Source: Catajapyx aquilonaris (Eukaryota). From it: a DNA stretch of 60,247 nucleotides. The stretch is taken from contig KZ538587.1 of assembly GCA_000934665.2 (NCBI GenBank), forward strand, positions 1-60,247, given 5' to 3'. Below, piece after piece: positions 29,000 to 41,900 of the stretch. A program made the translations under genes and the position numbers. The notes under the pieces were generated by a model, which did no database searches, was not told where the DNA came from, and saw only the letters and a program-made list of their open reading frames with translations. The first letter of the stretch is position 1; the number at the start of each line of letters is the position of its first letter.

Positions 29000-29175
29000 T
29001 CTTATTATATAAAAGGCAAAGTGTGTCGGTATGTGCCATTTCTCTTCCCCTCTATCGCCTCTACCCCTCTACCACCCTATTCTGCCAATAGCAACATCTA
29101 CCAGTTTTTTTTTCAATATAGGCTACGTATTAATATTCTTCAATTCCAACGCTACAAAAACGGGTATCCTGCTGG
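29000..29175 (+). mobile_element. Short non-autonomous Helitron, degenerate
   Basis: 5' end A|TCTTATTATATAAAAGGCAAAGTGTG (TC start, AT-rich Helitron-type head). 3' end CGGGTATCCTGCTGG|T (CTRR then T), 15/16 identical to the Helitron end at 82-97. A|T insertion site. Confidence 0.7.
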
Positions 29176-30139
29176 TTAATTTGACAAATTTATGTCACAT
29201 TACTGTGTTGAAATGTTTGGGGCCTTCAACAATAGGAGTCGTGCCAATTCCGCTTGAAACGACACAAAACCGGTTTTAATATGCGTCAAAGCGCATTAAA
29301 ACAATTCAGTTCGTATTTACAAATATGGCCAGTGGCCCGACGCAATTTTGTCACATTAAATTCCCCCCTCCAATTTCCGAGTTAAGCGTGACCAGCATCT
29401 CACCACCTAACCCCGAGCAGTGTGAATCATCACATTTCAAACCCTCTACAGAGAATTGGAACGAATCTGAAATAGTGAGTGGGACCATTGTTGGAAAATG
29501 AACTGAAAGTGTGTAATTTGAGTGTCCCAGTTGTGTTATGTCTGCAATTCGATTGTGCTGCACCCTACCTCTTCGGGAAGGCAATAAAAATCAAAAAAAA
29601 AAGAGAGGGATTAGAACCCTCTGCAATGTACAGATAGAATGTAGAAGTACACACCAAAAAAAATAGTGAATAGGAGTCTATGTTGCGCCCCACCCTTTCG
29701 CCTCTCTCTTTCTCTTGTGGTGGCCTCGCCGCTGGTCTCAACAATTCCATCCACTCATTTTCGCTCGGATGATGTCCACTGGTGGCAGCTGAGGAAACTC
29801 CAGTGGTCATAAAACCGCCAGTGACTGAACCCGATTTTAATTACCACTAGTGTAGTCAACCGAATTGTTCCAAGTTAGCACTATCCACTGACCAATGGTC
29901 AATGCACCACCCTGTACCACATAGAAAGCATATAGGGGCAGGGCTGGGAAAGTTAGATGACGCCATCATGTTTCGTCTGCTTCGGGAGAAGAATGGGTTA
30001 TTAGGATTGTTAGATAAAGGATGAATAAGTTGGAAGGGAATGACCACCCGCTGAAGGGATGGGGCCATTGTGTCCATACATGGACAGCAGTGGACAGCCC
30101 GATCGGGGTGTGAAATCAGTTTTTTGTTTTTTGTTTTTT

Positions 30140-30170
<31 letters not shown>

Positions 30171-30404
30171 TGCTTCAGGCGATGTATTGGCAAGGGAAAA
30201 TGATGGTACCAGGTCATCTTTGGTGAAAAGAGAGATTCGCTTTCGGTTTTTGGACCCCCTCTGGCTATGGTATCGGGTTCCGGACTCGTGGGTGTAGCCT
30301 GATGATGACTTACCCGATTTGGTCTCGACTTGCAATTTTCGAGGTTAAAGGTCGAGCGTTAATTGGCGAATATGTTACACCGGTAGTTCTGAATTATCTT
30401 GTTA

Positions 30405-30514
30405 GGCCCAGTTTCTCCAACCATTTCAACGGGGTTCCTCATGTTAGTTTGTAATGGTTATTTTACGGCTGTTAGTTCTTAATGGCTTGTTAAAATGGTT
30501 GGAGAAACCGGGAG
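30405..30514. mobile_element. 110-bp MITE, PIF/Harbinger (Tourist)-type
   Basis: 26-bp TIRs: GGCCCAGTTTCTCCAACCATTTCAAC versus the reverse complement of 30489-30514, 4 mismatches. Flanked by TTA and TAA (TWA target). Confidence 0.75.
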
Positions 30515-32863
30515 TAAAATGTATGGACAGTTTTATTAATGAAGTACAGTAAAAATTTTACGGACATGCTACACTGAATATTTTATACCAAATAAACTCA
30601 GGTTTTATGTGCAGGCGGCCAGTTTTTATCCAATAAATTAATGCAAATTCCACAGTCTAATCTACGTCTAATCTTCTCCAAAACGAATCATCACGATCAT
30701 TGATTTGATCCCGCAATATTTTTGCAAGCTCACTCAGTCTCCAAAAAAAACCCTCCAATAAAAACAACCCACCACAGTGGGAAGTCAGCAGGTTGATAAA
30801 ACCATCAGTGTCTGGAGCGGCGTTATTAGTCAGCTTCTTATCTTGTTGGGGACGTCGACGCCGTCATTTATTCCTTGGGCGCATTCCTCCCAAGAAGGTA
30901 TATAGTCAGAGGACCCCCCTGACTTGATGTAGGCTCAAGGGGGGTACACTCCAAGGGAGATAAATTTCCAGCCACTTGACCTCCCAGGCTTCTATGTGAC
31001 ACGTACGAATGGGCATAAAAGGAAACAAAACGGATTATCACAGCGAGTGAGCTGGATATGCCCATTTGCATGTGTAAAGGTTGCCATGCAGCGAAGGATT
31101 CGGCTGCAAATTCATCAAGGGGAAGCCACCAAAAAGTGTCGCAAACACGTTTTTGAGGAAGAGATTTATAATCCGGTTGAATACAACTGGAATAATATGT
31201 ATACACACAAAAAATAGTGTATTTGATAATTAGGCGCCTTTATATATATGAAACGAAACGGAATTTCGCAGGAGTGACTTTCTGGGCTTCTCCATTTCTC
31301 AATTTCAGCTTCCAGGCTTGCGTGCTGAAACCTTGAATAGGTTTTGCCACCATTGCCTGCCTGGATAGCTTTTAAAAAAAATTGAGGGACAATCGCCTCC
31401 TTTTTTTAAATGCATGGACTTTAAAACAATAGATTAGATGCGATGAAGCGACTCGCCCAGAAATCCATATTGGCGTAAAGAAAATAGTGAGCGTCACACA
31501 CATGTACACACATAATTGCGTAAATAAAATGGAATCCGAAGCATATCTCCACCAATATTTTCACACGGTGTGGAACCTGATAGTCCCAAGGACTGAGTAT
31601 GGCTTTATTTAGCCGTAAACCATATTACTTCCCCATTGCGTGACCATTCCAATATTCGCATTCCGTTTTGATAATGACCAGACACCCTGCAGGTTTTTGG
31701 CCAGAGAAATCGTTTATTGGGCGATTGGTACAGTACCCTTCAATAACCAGTTTCACAATCGGCAAGGTAACAGATGAACTGGCGAGCATCAGCATCAGTG
31801 CGGAAACAATGGGTCGTTTTAATAAACGGCGATCGGCCGTGAATTTCCGGCCGCTAGTTGCTTCATTTTTTTTAGCGTGTCCGTAAAAAAATTTTGAGCC
31901 TTTTTTTTGATGTAACAAAAGAACTGCTGGAGCAATGGTACAAATTCAGTCCAGACGAACAACGATTGTTCGTGGCCCCGAATTTTTTTATGGCGGGTGG
32001 ACTCACCTTTTATGGACCAGAAGTCGAGGTAAAATAATGCGCTATTAATACTATCGCTTCCATCAGAGACAATAATCGATTTGGAAAAAAATGGAAGAGT
32101 GTCTCGTGGCATAAACCAGATTAGTCGAGACGGGGTAAAATCAATGCGACATGTCCGAAACCTGATCTAAATCAGTGGGCAGGTTCCATTGGAATTGACC
32201 ATTGTAGGCATTTAATGTGGTGGTCTAGAAGCCTTCCGGAATTAAGTTATTATCCGGGAGCCTAAGAATCTCAATGTCTCCCAAGACTCAGGTCTCATTA
32301 GATTACGTGTCGGATGCACTGTCCCTAAATTGGCAATTCCTAATCCAAAATAATAAAAAACGAAGGAATCTATTAAGTAGGGCTGAGGTATGGATTGTCT
32401 AGAGAACAGACAGGTCGCACCACTTTTTTTTGTTGTTTCAACTTTGGAGTCTTTTTTACGCAACCCTAGAGAGAATGGGAAGCAAATTGAAGGCATTTTA
32501 TGGCCACAAACATCCAACTGAGACCCGTACCTGGTACAAATTCCAGTGAATTCGCCTTTTAATCAACGCAATTAAAAATATTTTTGTGAAATTCAATAGA
32601 CGTTTAGCATATACAAGAAGCGAAAGGTACACTCAACTCTAAGAGTCCCATAACTTGGGACACATGATGGCACAAGGAAAGACAGTTATTGCCCCGATGC
32701 AGTCGCAAGATTGTAGACCTGACCTCAATTTGACCCCCTGACACCTCTAGTGTCTGCCCACACTTTGCAATAGGGAAGTTGTCCAGTTCGGATGCATTGC
32801 AATCATTTCAACAAGAAAGAGACTGTCATTGTTTGATCGGCAGGGGAGATTTGGAATTTCCAG

Positions 32864-32889
32864 TTTTTTTTCTTCTTCTTCTTCTTCTT
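32864..32889. repeat. Poly-T plus (TTC)n microsatellite
   Basis: T-run followed by about 6 TTC units. Confidence 0.8.
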
Positions 32890-33620
32890 GGCCGATCCTC
32901 TCTCTGTGGTTCTTCCTTGTCCGCCTTGCTGTTGGGGTGAAAACTGGACCTTAGAAGAAGGGGTTGTTGTATTTGGAATGGTGGAAAGTGGATAGGGTGG
33001 GCGGGGTAGTTTGTAGCTAACAGAGGGGAGGATTTTTGCAAACAAGAGCCGGCCCCAGGATAATGATTGATGACGTTTATGCGGGTTTGACAACAAAAAT
33101 TGCTAGCAGTTTTATATAAATGGTGCTCAAACGCTCTAAAATCAAGGGTGAAGTTGATGTATGGCCTGAGATGGCGGTGTTTCTCGATCAAAGGCTTGGC
33201 TCTTGCCTGACAATGTCCGCAACGACATGTTGAGCAGATTGATATGTTTGAAAGAGGGTGTGGTATTTGAGGGCTGCAACATTTTAGTCATGATCATCAC
33301 CTACGAGATTAGTCATACAAAAGATGTAAGCATCTTAATCTACCTGGGTGAGGCCTGAGTGCCAAGAGACGTAATTGATTGTAATAGATACCTCAAGTAA
33401 TCAGTTAGGTTAAGCTGAAGAAACACTCAATTTATTTTGACTCTACAATAATACGTATGCCGCTATCGTTTAGACAGAATGTTGTATTTTTTAAAAACTG
33501 TATTTATCTGATACGAGTATATGGCGGGAGAAATATTTATTGGAATTATATCTTGTCGATGTGATTGTTTTTATTTGTGCAGTACTTTTCGTCACCAAGT
33601 ACCTACAACTCGTTTAAGTC

Positions 33621-34216
33621 TATGTCTACAGTACATCTATGTCTACGTGTACGTGTATGTCTGCGTGTACGTATACGTCTATATCTACGTGTACTTATGC
33701 GTCTGCGTGCACGTATACGTCTATGTGTACGTCTATATCTACAGTTACGTCTATGCATACTATACGTGTACGTTTACGTATACATCTACGTCTATGCATA
33801 CTATACGTGTACGTCTACGTATACATCTACGTCTATGCATACTATACGTGTACGTCTACGTATACATCTACGTCTATGCATACTATACGTGTACGTCTAC
33901 GTATACATCTACGTCTATGCATACTATACGTGTACGTCTACGTATACATCTACGTCTATGCATACTATACGTGTACGTCTACGTATACATCTACGCCTAT
34001 GCATACTATACGTGTACGTCTACGTATACATCTACGTCTATGCATACTATACGTGTACGTCTACGTATACATCTACGCCTATGCATACTATACGTGTACG
34101 TCTACATCTACGTGTACGTGTACGTATACATTTACGTGTACGTGTACGTCTACATCTACATCTACAGTTACGTCTCTATACGCTCTTACGTCTATGTCTC
34201 TTTTCTTTGTGACTTA
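33621..34216. repeat. Minisatellite with a 41-bp higher-order unit built from TACGTN-like hexamers
   Basis: Unit TACGTCTATGCATACTATACGTGTACGTCTACGTATACATC starts at 33746, 33787, 33828, 33869, 33910, 33951, 33992, 34033 and 34074 (about 8.7 near-identical copies). Irregular hexamer repeats lie on both sides and the block ends in CTTTGTGACTTA. Confidence 0.95.
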
Positions 34217-35151
34217 TATTGAAATATTCAGCAATTTTAGCACCTATACCCATGAGTATAGTCTGACCAATCCAGGACTGTCCAATATCAACATAACATG
34301 CATGAAGCCCACCATTGTGTGGTTAGTTGCCTTCAACCCTTTGCCACCTTCCTTACTCTCACTAATTCCCGACCACGCACGTGCCCCTATTAGTGACCAA
34401 ATCCACCGTGTGTCCAGCACACTGGTCAAGCTTGATTTTCATTACTATTATAAAATTTAAGCAGGCCAGAAGAACTCGGGCTCGATATCAAACATGGGGC
34501 AAATAATGAGCACAAAAGAGCCGGAATAATGGTTATCGAGCCACTCCCCATTCTCCTTGTTGTTGATTTCGTGTACCCCCGTCCGGAGCTTGGACCATAA
34601 GCAAACCCTCACGCCCTGAAGCCAAGCCAAGCCAGAAGTGAAGGGAGTATGCAACCAACCAACCAACCCCTCGAGATATAAGATAGCGTGGCAAATTCAC
34701 GAATATTACGTATTCGGTTGCAAGTTGCACCATCACGACAAGCCTACTCCCTTTTTTCCCATCCTTGGCCCAGGCTTTTAGTTGCATCTCCCGGAGAAAG
34801 GGTTTCCCCCAAATTGCCCATTCAACAACCCGCCATGTCATTTGGAGACTAACTGGAATGTATTTGTGAAGTTTACTGCTGATGCGTCTTGGACTGACTG
34901 CATGTTAATGTCTCCTCAGAAGCGGTAGTATTTTGTGGCTTGTAATTATTGGCGGTAATGTCCCATAACAGCACCGAAAAATATAGGCAAATTGATGGCT
35001 GTTTTGCTGAGTGCAACAAGGAAATTGCAAGCCACACCCTGCCGTGAATTTGACCTATAAGCTCGCATATTTTGAGATGCATAGCAGCTAACTTTTCTTT
35101 ATTGGAATAATTTAATATCGATGCTTCACATGTGACAACTCAACGTGCTTA

Positions 35152-35981
35152 GGCCCTATGTCTACGTCTACGCTTACGTCTGTATCTACGTATACGTTTA
35201 TAGCAGATCTACGTGTATGTATAAGTTTACAGCTGATCTACGTATAGCTACGTATACGTTTATACAGCTGATCTACGTATACGTTTATACAGCTGATCTA
35301 CGTATACGTATACGTTTATAGAGCTGATCTCCGTATACGTATACGTTTATACAGCTGATCTACGTATACGTATACGTTTATAGAGCTGATCTACGTATAC
35401 GTATACACTATACAGCTGATCTACGTATACACTATACAGCTGATCTACGTATACGTATACGTTTATAGAGCTGATCTACGTATGCGTATACGTTTATACA
35501 GCTGATCTACGTATATGTATACACTATACAGCTGATCTACGTATACGTATACACTATACAGCTGATCTACGTATACGTATACGTTTATAGAGCTGATCTA
35601 CGTATACGTATACGTTTATACAGCTGATCTACGTATACGTATACACTATACAGCTGATCTACGTATACGTATACGTTTATAGAGCTGATCTACGTATACG
35701 TATACGTTTATAGAGCTGATCTACGTACACGTATACGTTTATACAGCTGATCTACGTATATGTTTACACTATACAGCTGATCTACGTATACGTATACGTT
35801 TACAGCTGATCTATACGTATATTACGTACAGCTACATCTACGTCTCTACGTTCTTACGTCTACGTAGACTCCGTCTCTACGTCTACGTTTATGTCTTTAT
35901 ACGTCTCTACGTCTACATCTTAACGTCAACGTCAACGTCTACGTTCTTACGTCTGTTTCTTGCCTTTGTGACTTAGGGCCC
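35152..35981. repeat. Minisatellite (about 31-bp unit) inside a putative Harbinger-type MITE shell
   Basis: Unit TACAGCTGATCTACGTATACGTATACGTTTA and variants tandem over about 35260-35810. Ends are TTA|GGCCCTATGTC and GACTTAGGGCCC|TTA (10/11 inverted match, TTA on both sides). Confidence 0.88.
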
Positions 35982-38900
35982 TTACTGTATATTCAGCAAC
36001 AATAACAATTATTAATATAATTGCTCAACAGGAGCCAGGTAGCACCCAGACGTCTTCTGTCACTATACTTGGTCAGGGATCTTTCCCAGCAGGAACTCGC
36101 ATCATTGCATAATAATCACTGGAAAAACTGGGCGTGGTCGCTCTGTTTAGCCCTGGCACCGGAGTAACAAACCTCCAAAAAACGTGTAGGTAAAATCAGA
36201 GATGGGAATAATCAGGCCCAGTGTAGCAGACCCCCCGTCGGAGTGGGTCCAATTATGCCTGCAGAGGTGAGGCAGCCTCCTGTGGGCAGGCGTGCCTTGT
36301 TAAGGGGGCCCCCCTTTTCCAACCCTCACCTGCCTGCGAGTGTCTACCCCGTGGGCCGCCCCAGGGGATGACCAAGGCTCTCGGGATATTAATAAGGAAG
36401 GATATCTAGAGCGATATACCTGGGCCCAATTAATTGGGCCCGATTCCCTTTTCTGGGGATGGTTCGTGCTTTGGACGGATTTGGTTCAGAGATAGGCAAT
36501 ACGTGTCGACTGTGCGTGTTTTTTAGGCTTCGAGAAAATGTTGTACGGGGTTCGGGGGGGAGGAGGTGAAGGACGCACGATTGGCAACACTCGTGTGTGT
36601 TGCGGTTTTTTCGGAGCTGTCCGATCGGGTGAGGGGGGAACAAACCGAAAATTGCATATAAGTGTAAAGTGCAAAAAAAAAAGTTTATGAAAGGGTGTAG
36701 TGACAGGGAGCCTCACGTGCCTGGTATATCCGGTACGTAGGTGGCCCCTTAGATCTGACTTTTCGCTGGGCTGTTGAACCAGATTTTGCTGGTCCTCTCA
36801 CATCAACCCAAAGAACAGAAAAGCGATAGAAAGATAGCAGACTAATTTTTGCCAAAAAAGCAATAATAATATTGTTTCAATATTTCACCTATTCCTGAAA
36901 AAACATAATGAATGATTGATGAAAACTTATGCAGAAAATTTGGATACATGAAACTCACTGATTAGTGAAAATCTGCAATATTTTGAATTGTTTAAATTCA
37001 AAACTTTCTTTAAAAATTATGGGGAATGCAAAGAGTAATATCTGAGATATATGTTACGAGGTTATGCCGTGGAATAAATTCCTCCGCTTCTGTTAAACTG
37101 TAACTTTGACTTGACATGTAACTTTTGTTGCATGATACACTTATTATTTTTTTGTATAAAAGGAACATTTTGAGTCCTTTTAGAAATTGGGATATAAACG
37201 GCGCAACGTGCGTCATGCATGAGGATATGAGGCCAGGAAATACACACTGGCCAGATGTCGTGAAACACGAATTATTTCTTTCAATAAGCAGTTATGTAAT
37301 TGTTGACCAGCAGTGCATTCCAATAGTAATTTTGAGGTTTTCGGCTGTTATTTTTCTTACAAGAATCCTAACATTTCGTGTTTTAACTATAATTTTCTGC
37401 ACAAGAAATGTGGCGCACTATTGACATTATTAGCGCAACGATGTGTTAAGAAATTCGAATTCTGTCATGGCAGTGAGTTCGTTAATAAACTGCTGCACTT
37501 GTTTGCTTATGGTGATGCCTGCTATGAGCGAAGCTACATGAAGAACATTGAATTTTGCCACAACTAAACTCTTAAAAACTATTGACTTTCTAACCAGGAA
37601 CTACACAATAAGACTTGCCTGCCTTGAGAATAATGTCATACAATTGCTCTTTTGCTATCAGACCTATGTCTAAATTTCATCCACGCTATAAATTTTCTTG
37701 CGATAACTTGCACTGTGCAGCTTTTTTTTGTATGTCCTCTTCACAACTATGCATCAAAAAACTAATTTAATCGTGGTTTTCATGACTGTGCCATAGGCGA
37801 AAGGTTGTGCAAGGATCCATGAGGGAAGCCGTATACTATCTGTTGCAGACCTGCTGGGCATCATTAAACCCTAGGCTGTCAGGTAGGTTCCTTTTTTCCT
37901 CATAAACTATCCCGACATTTTTATTAAATTATGTCGCATTTTCTCCCCACTTCACCATTCCCCCCCATTTTTGTTTCATGCCATCATTATTCTTGATGTC
38001 GGCTCCTACAAAGGACATAATGAATTAACAGCCAGAGTTGCAATCGGTTATAACCAGCAACTTTTAAGGATACTGCAGTCCATTTATAGACACGTCAGTA
38101 TGACGAAACCGGGTGCAAATTATGTCTCGTCACTCTGGTGATGAGGACATCATGTCCCGCGTCCAAGATATTTGATTCGGACACGAACAATAGGCCCATT
38201 GATCTTGTGCTTGCTCCCCTCCCGAGACAGCCTCTTGCTTTGTTGAACACAATGCCAAACCACCCCAGGATTGGAAACCCCCTCTAAAATGCAGAAGCTC
38301 TTTACAATCCCGGTTTTACGACCACTTTTATGCTAAAAGACACTGCCATTTATGATTCACCCGCCACAATATGAATCCGGGTGTGATTAGGTTTTCACAG
38401 CCTATCCGAAAGGCGAAACCTGTTGGAAAGAATGGGTATTTGAATCACTTTTACGACTTGTAAAACTGCGGAAAAACTCAGGTCGTGCATCGTATGGCTG
38501 GAGACATTCCATGACCAAATCGGACAATTCTGACCACTGTCCGTCATGTTATGAGACTACTTGTCATCAATGTCTTCATTATTAGGCACGATACTGCGAT
38601 CGCTCCCAAGTTGAAACAAATACGTGGCGGGGAGTCCATTTCTTTTTGTTCTTTGCATTCCTCTCCAGGTGCTTCCTTCTCATAGAAGCCGGAGGCAGAG
38701 GAGCTGTACCTGTCCCGCTTCTTATCTCGCTGACAAATAGAGAGAGAACCTGAGTTAAGCCGCACGACTTCTCTGCAGGATTTATTGCCCTTTGTTTTCT
38801 GCACACATCCTGAAGGATGAAGAACCATTGCGCTTGACCAATACTCGGGAGGGATATCTGCTGATGGGCGCCGAGAGGGACGGGTTGGGATAGATCGAAC

Positions 38901-41900
38901 GGGGAAGTAGTAAATGCTCCAGTTATTGTTCTTATTCCTGGTTATGCAATGGCGGTTTATATGGGGCAGGGTTACGCAGAGAGAGATATTTGGCCGTGAT
39001 GTTACAATACCGGTGATGGGATAGGGCTTAATATGGCGAACTGACACTCATGCTGTCATGATTGAGGTTAGGACTCAATGGGAAGTGAGTGGGGTTGGCG
39101 AGGAATGTGTCGTGGCACATTACTCAGTTTGAGATATGGCGGGTATTTCGCTTTTATTGGGAGCAAGGATGGACATTTATTCGATTCACTCTTGTGTAAT
39201 AGTGTATCTAAAAATTATTGGTGTTTACGAAAAAAAAAATAGTCAGTTGCTGCTACATTCCATAATTCAATTCTCCAAGTTTAATTAGTATAGTATTTCA
39301 CATAATTATTCTACTAGCTACACAAATATGCAATTTTCATATGTGAGCAATCTCTCATATCATATACTACAGTAGTCGTGCAAAATTTTGATACATTTTT
39401 TTTGAAAACAACTAAATATATTTTGTTAAATATTTTCCTCACTGCGGATTTGCAATTACAATTCATGCAAAATCGTATTTTTTAAAAAAATATATAAATA
39501 TATTTTATTATACAAATTTTGCTCAGCTGCGGATTTGCTCTTGGTCGAGCATGCAATTAATTCGTTGGATGGTATATATTTAAATATGGAAGCCAGAAGT
39601 AGACCAAATGCTTGTAAACCTGGATGTCTCAGCCTGCCGTCTGGCTCCGGAAAGTTGGTAAAAGTGCGTTTTATATCCCAGTAAATTGAATAAAACTCTG
39701 TCGTTCCAAGAACGTGCTACACAAACCTCAAAGTGGGCACACACCTTCCCCATGTGCCTTTGTATGTCAGTAGTAAAAATGTCAATTCCTAATGGCTTGA
39801 GCAAGTCCAATGGGTGGAGACGTGGAAGATACTCTCCACATACTCTCTTGTGGTCCATACCCGCCGACTCGGCCCCATCGGGGTCGTTGTGTTGTCCCAA
39901 TGCGCAATATACCCATCGGGGGCCGTATTTCACCCTAGCCGATTTCGAAAAACTTGGTGACATACGGTAGAGTTTATTGCCTCTACTTTTATGGAGCCTC
40001 CCAAAGTCACGCCCCTTACCAGGTGTCTTCCTCAAAAAAAGAACAAAATATCCCCCCCTCCCAATATAGTCCTGCACGGTGCGCCTCGGGTTCCATTTTT
40101 GGTCCGAAACTCAGATTAAGACATAACTGCATTCGCTTTCTAACCTATAATGATGCGCTTCGAGCTCTCTGTTTTTTTTTGCCTTTAATATTGGTTGCAT
40201 ATGGCTCACGACTATGGCCGATCTGGAAGATTTATCATGGAATGGCATAGGGGAATGTGGAGCTAGGAGATTCCAAGGACCACGCTCAACTCACGTCACT
40301 TTTTTTCTGCTCCAACCATATTAGAATGGTATCTGATCCTCTGTGGAACACGCGTTGGAAAGGCCCCCGCCCTGTATAAAGCCCTCAATTAGTCAATAAC
40401 ACTGCAAGCTTAACATCGTCTCGGGTTTGGAAAGGTCGAGGGTTGCCTTTCCCACTCCAGGGTTGAAGTCACTGGACACGCCAATGTATCAAAATATGGC
40501 AACGAATGACTAGTTCTGAAAAAAGTATGGCCTACTGGAAATTCAGATGTCTCACCCACGTGCTCTGGTTTCACAATCTGGACCTCTTTAATACTCTAAC
40601 AAGAAACGGACCCCTGTTGTTTAAAAGTGGAAAGGTGGATTTGCTTGAAAGTTGTAATTAATCACGGCTTGATTAGCGTAGGACACAAAGTGGTGTCGTC
40701 AAATTGTTTCCCCTCCCTATACAGCCTCCCCCGTAAACGTAATTTCTAGGCCTCTCCCATGAAAGTAACGGAGGTGAAAGTGTTCTGCAACCTATTCCTG
40801 ACTATCAATTATCTGCTACCCGAAGGTGATTGGCTCTTCTGTGTTTATGATATTCGGCCGATCTGATAGTTATCTGGACCTTGTTTGACAGGAAAGGGTT
40901 GGTTAATAGGAGAATTGGTTCTAACGTATACCACCCGAGGTGTGCGTCAAATCCTGGAGGTCTTCGATACCCCGTAAGAAGCGCAAGGTCAGCAAAGGTC
41001 ATCCTTCAATGTCGCTTTGCATTAGTGAGCCCATAAACACAATTGTACAGTATGAGTCATATCTGGCATAATAACAAAAGCTCAGTATATTTGCTCTGGA
41101 ATGTTCAACCCAGATATGCCTAGAGTCCTACATATAGGACAGTCAAATGTCACGTTTAATTATTGTGTTCATTAAAAATGTTAATTAAATTTAAATTGTC
41201 AAATCCCGAATTTTTTGTGTCATTAAAAATATTTTAAACGAAACAATATAATTTAGCGAATATCTGAATATTTGTGCAAAAATTGACATTCCTAGACCGT
41301 TTAATGTCAGAAAAATGCATAACAAGATCTTACATTGTTATCAGCTGGCCTGACTAACCTTGTGTAAACAACAACACGATTGAGTGATTCACTTAATCAC
41401 TAAACGCCACATAATGTATCAGATCACGGCGTCTCTGAAAACGAGGCCCCCACCAGATTAGGTCTTTCATTTCTCTGACGAAGGGAGTGGTTCCCAAGCG
41501 TGAAATTTGCTAGAAAATTTGCCTCGACATGAGAAAAAAAAAACGGGCAAGAAAATTTTCGCTGGCCAGTTAGAGTTTTATCACGTCAGGCTGTATAACA
41601 CAGACGATAACCTTCCTTCTCCCGCCCTGTACCTCTTTTTTTTTCTTTTTCTTTTCGAGACATGCAGGATGGATAGATGTAAAGGAAGGTGGTGCTGACC
41701 GAAAGCTTGGTAGACACTATCGCTGGGTAGCGATCTGAGCACGAGTCCGACGGAATAAAAGCGGGACAAAAGCATGGCAAACTCGTGATGCCAGACCCCG
41801 AAAAACCGCTCGCGGTAATTTCATTACTCCGTAGAGTTGGCGTCAGAAGCGGTGCAAAAATTCCAACGGTGTCTTCCGGGGTGCACACTGTCGCAAAAAT

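Noticed and set aside
33521..34460. Three overlapping 215-273 aa ORFs (YV, TS and RL repeats)
   Set aside because: Translation of the stop-free 41-bp minisatellite; the same 41-aa cycle appears in all three frames.
33621..35981. CRISPR-like array
   Set aside because: Units are directly tandem with no unique spacers, there are no cas genes, and the context is eukaryotic.
38544..40077. 167-aa and 165-aa minus-strand ORFs
   Set aside because: GTG starts and no recognisable motif. ORFs of this length can arise by chance in 60 kb, so a CDS call is unsupported without a homology search.
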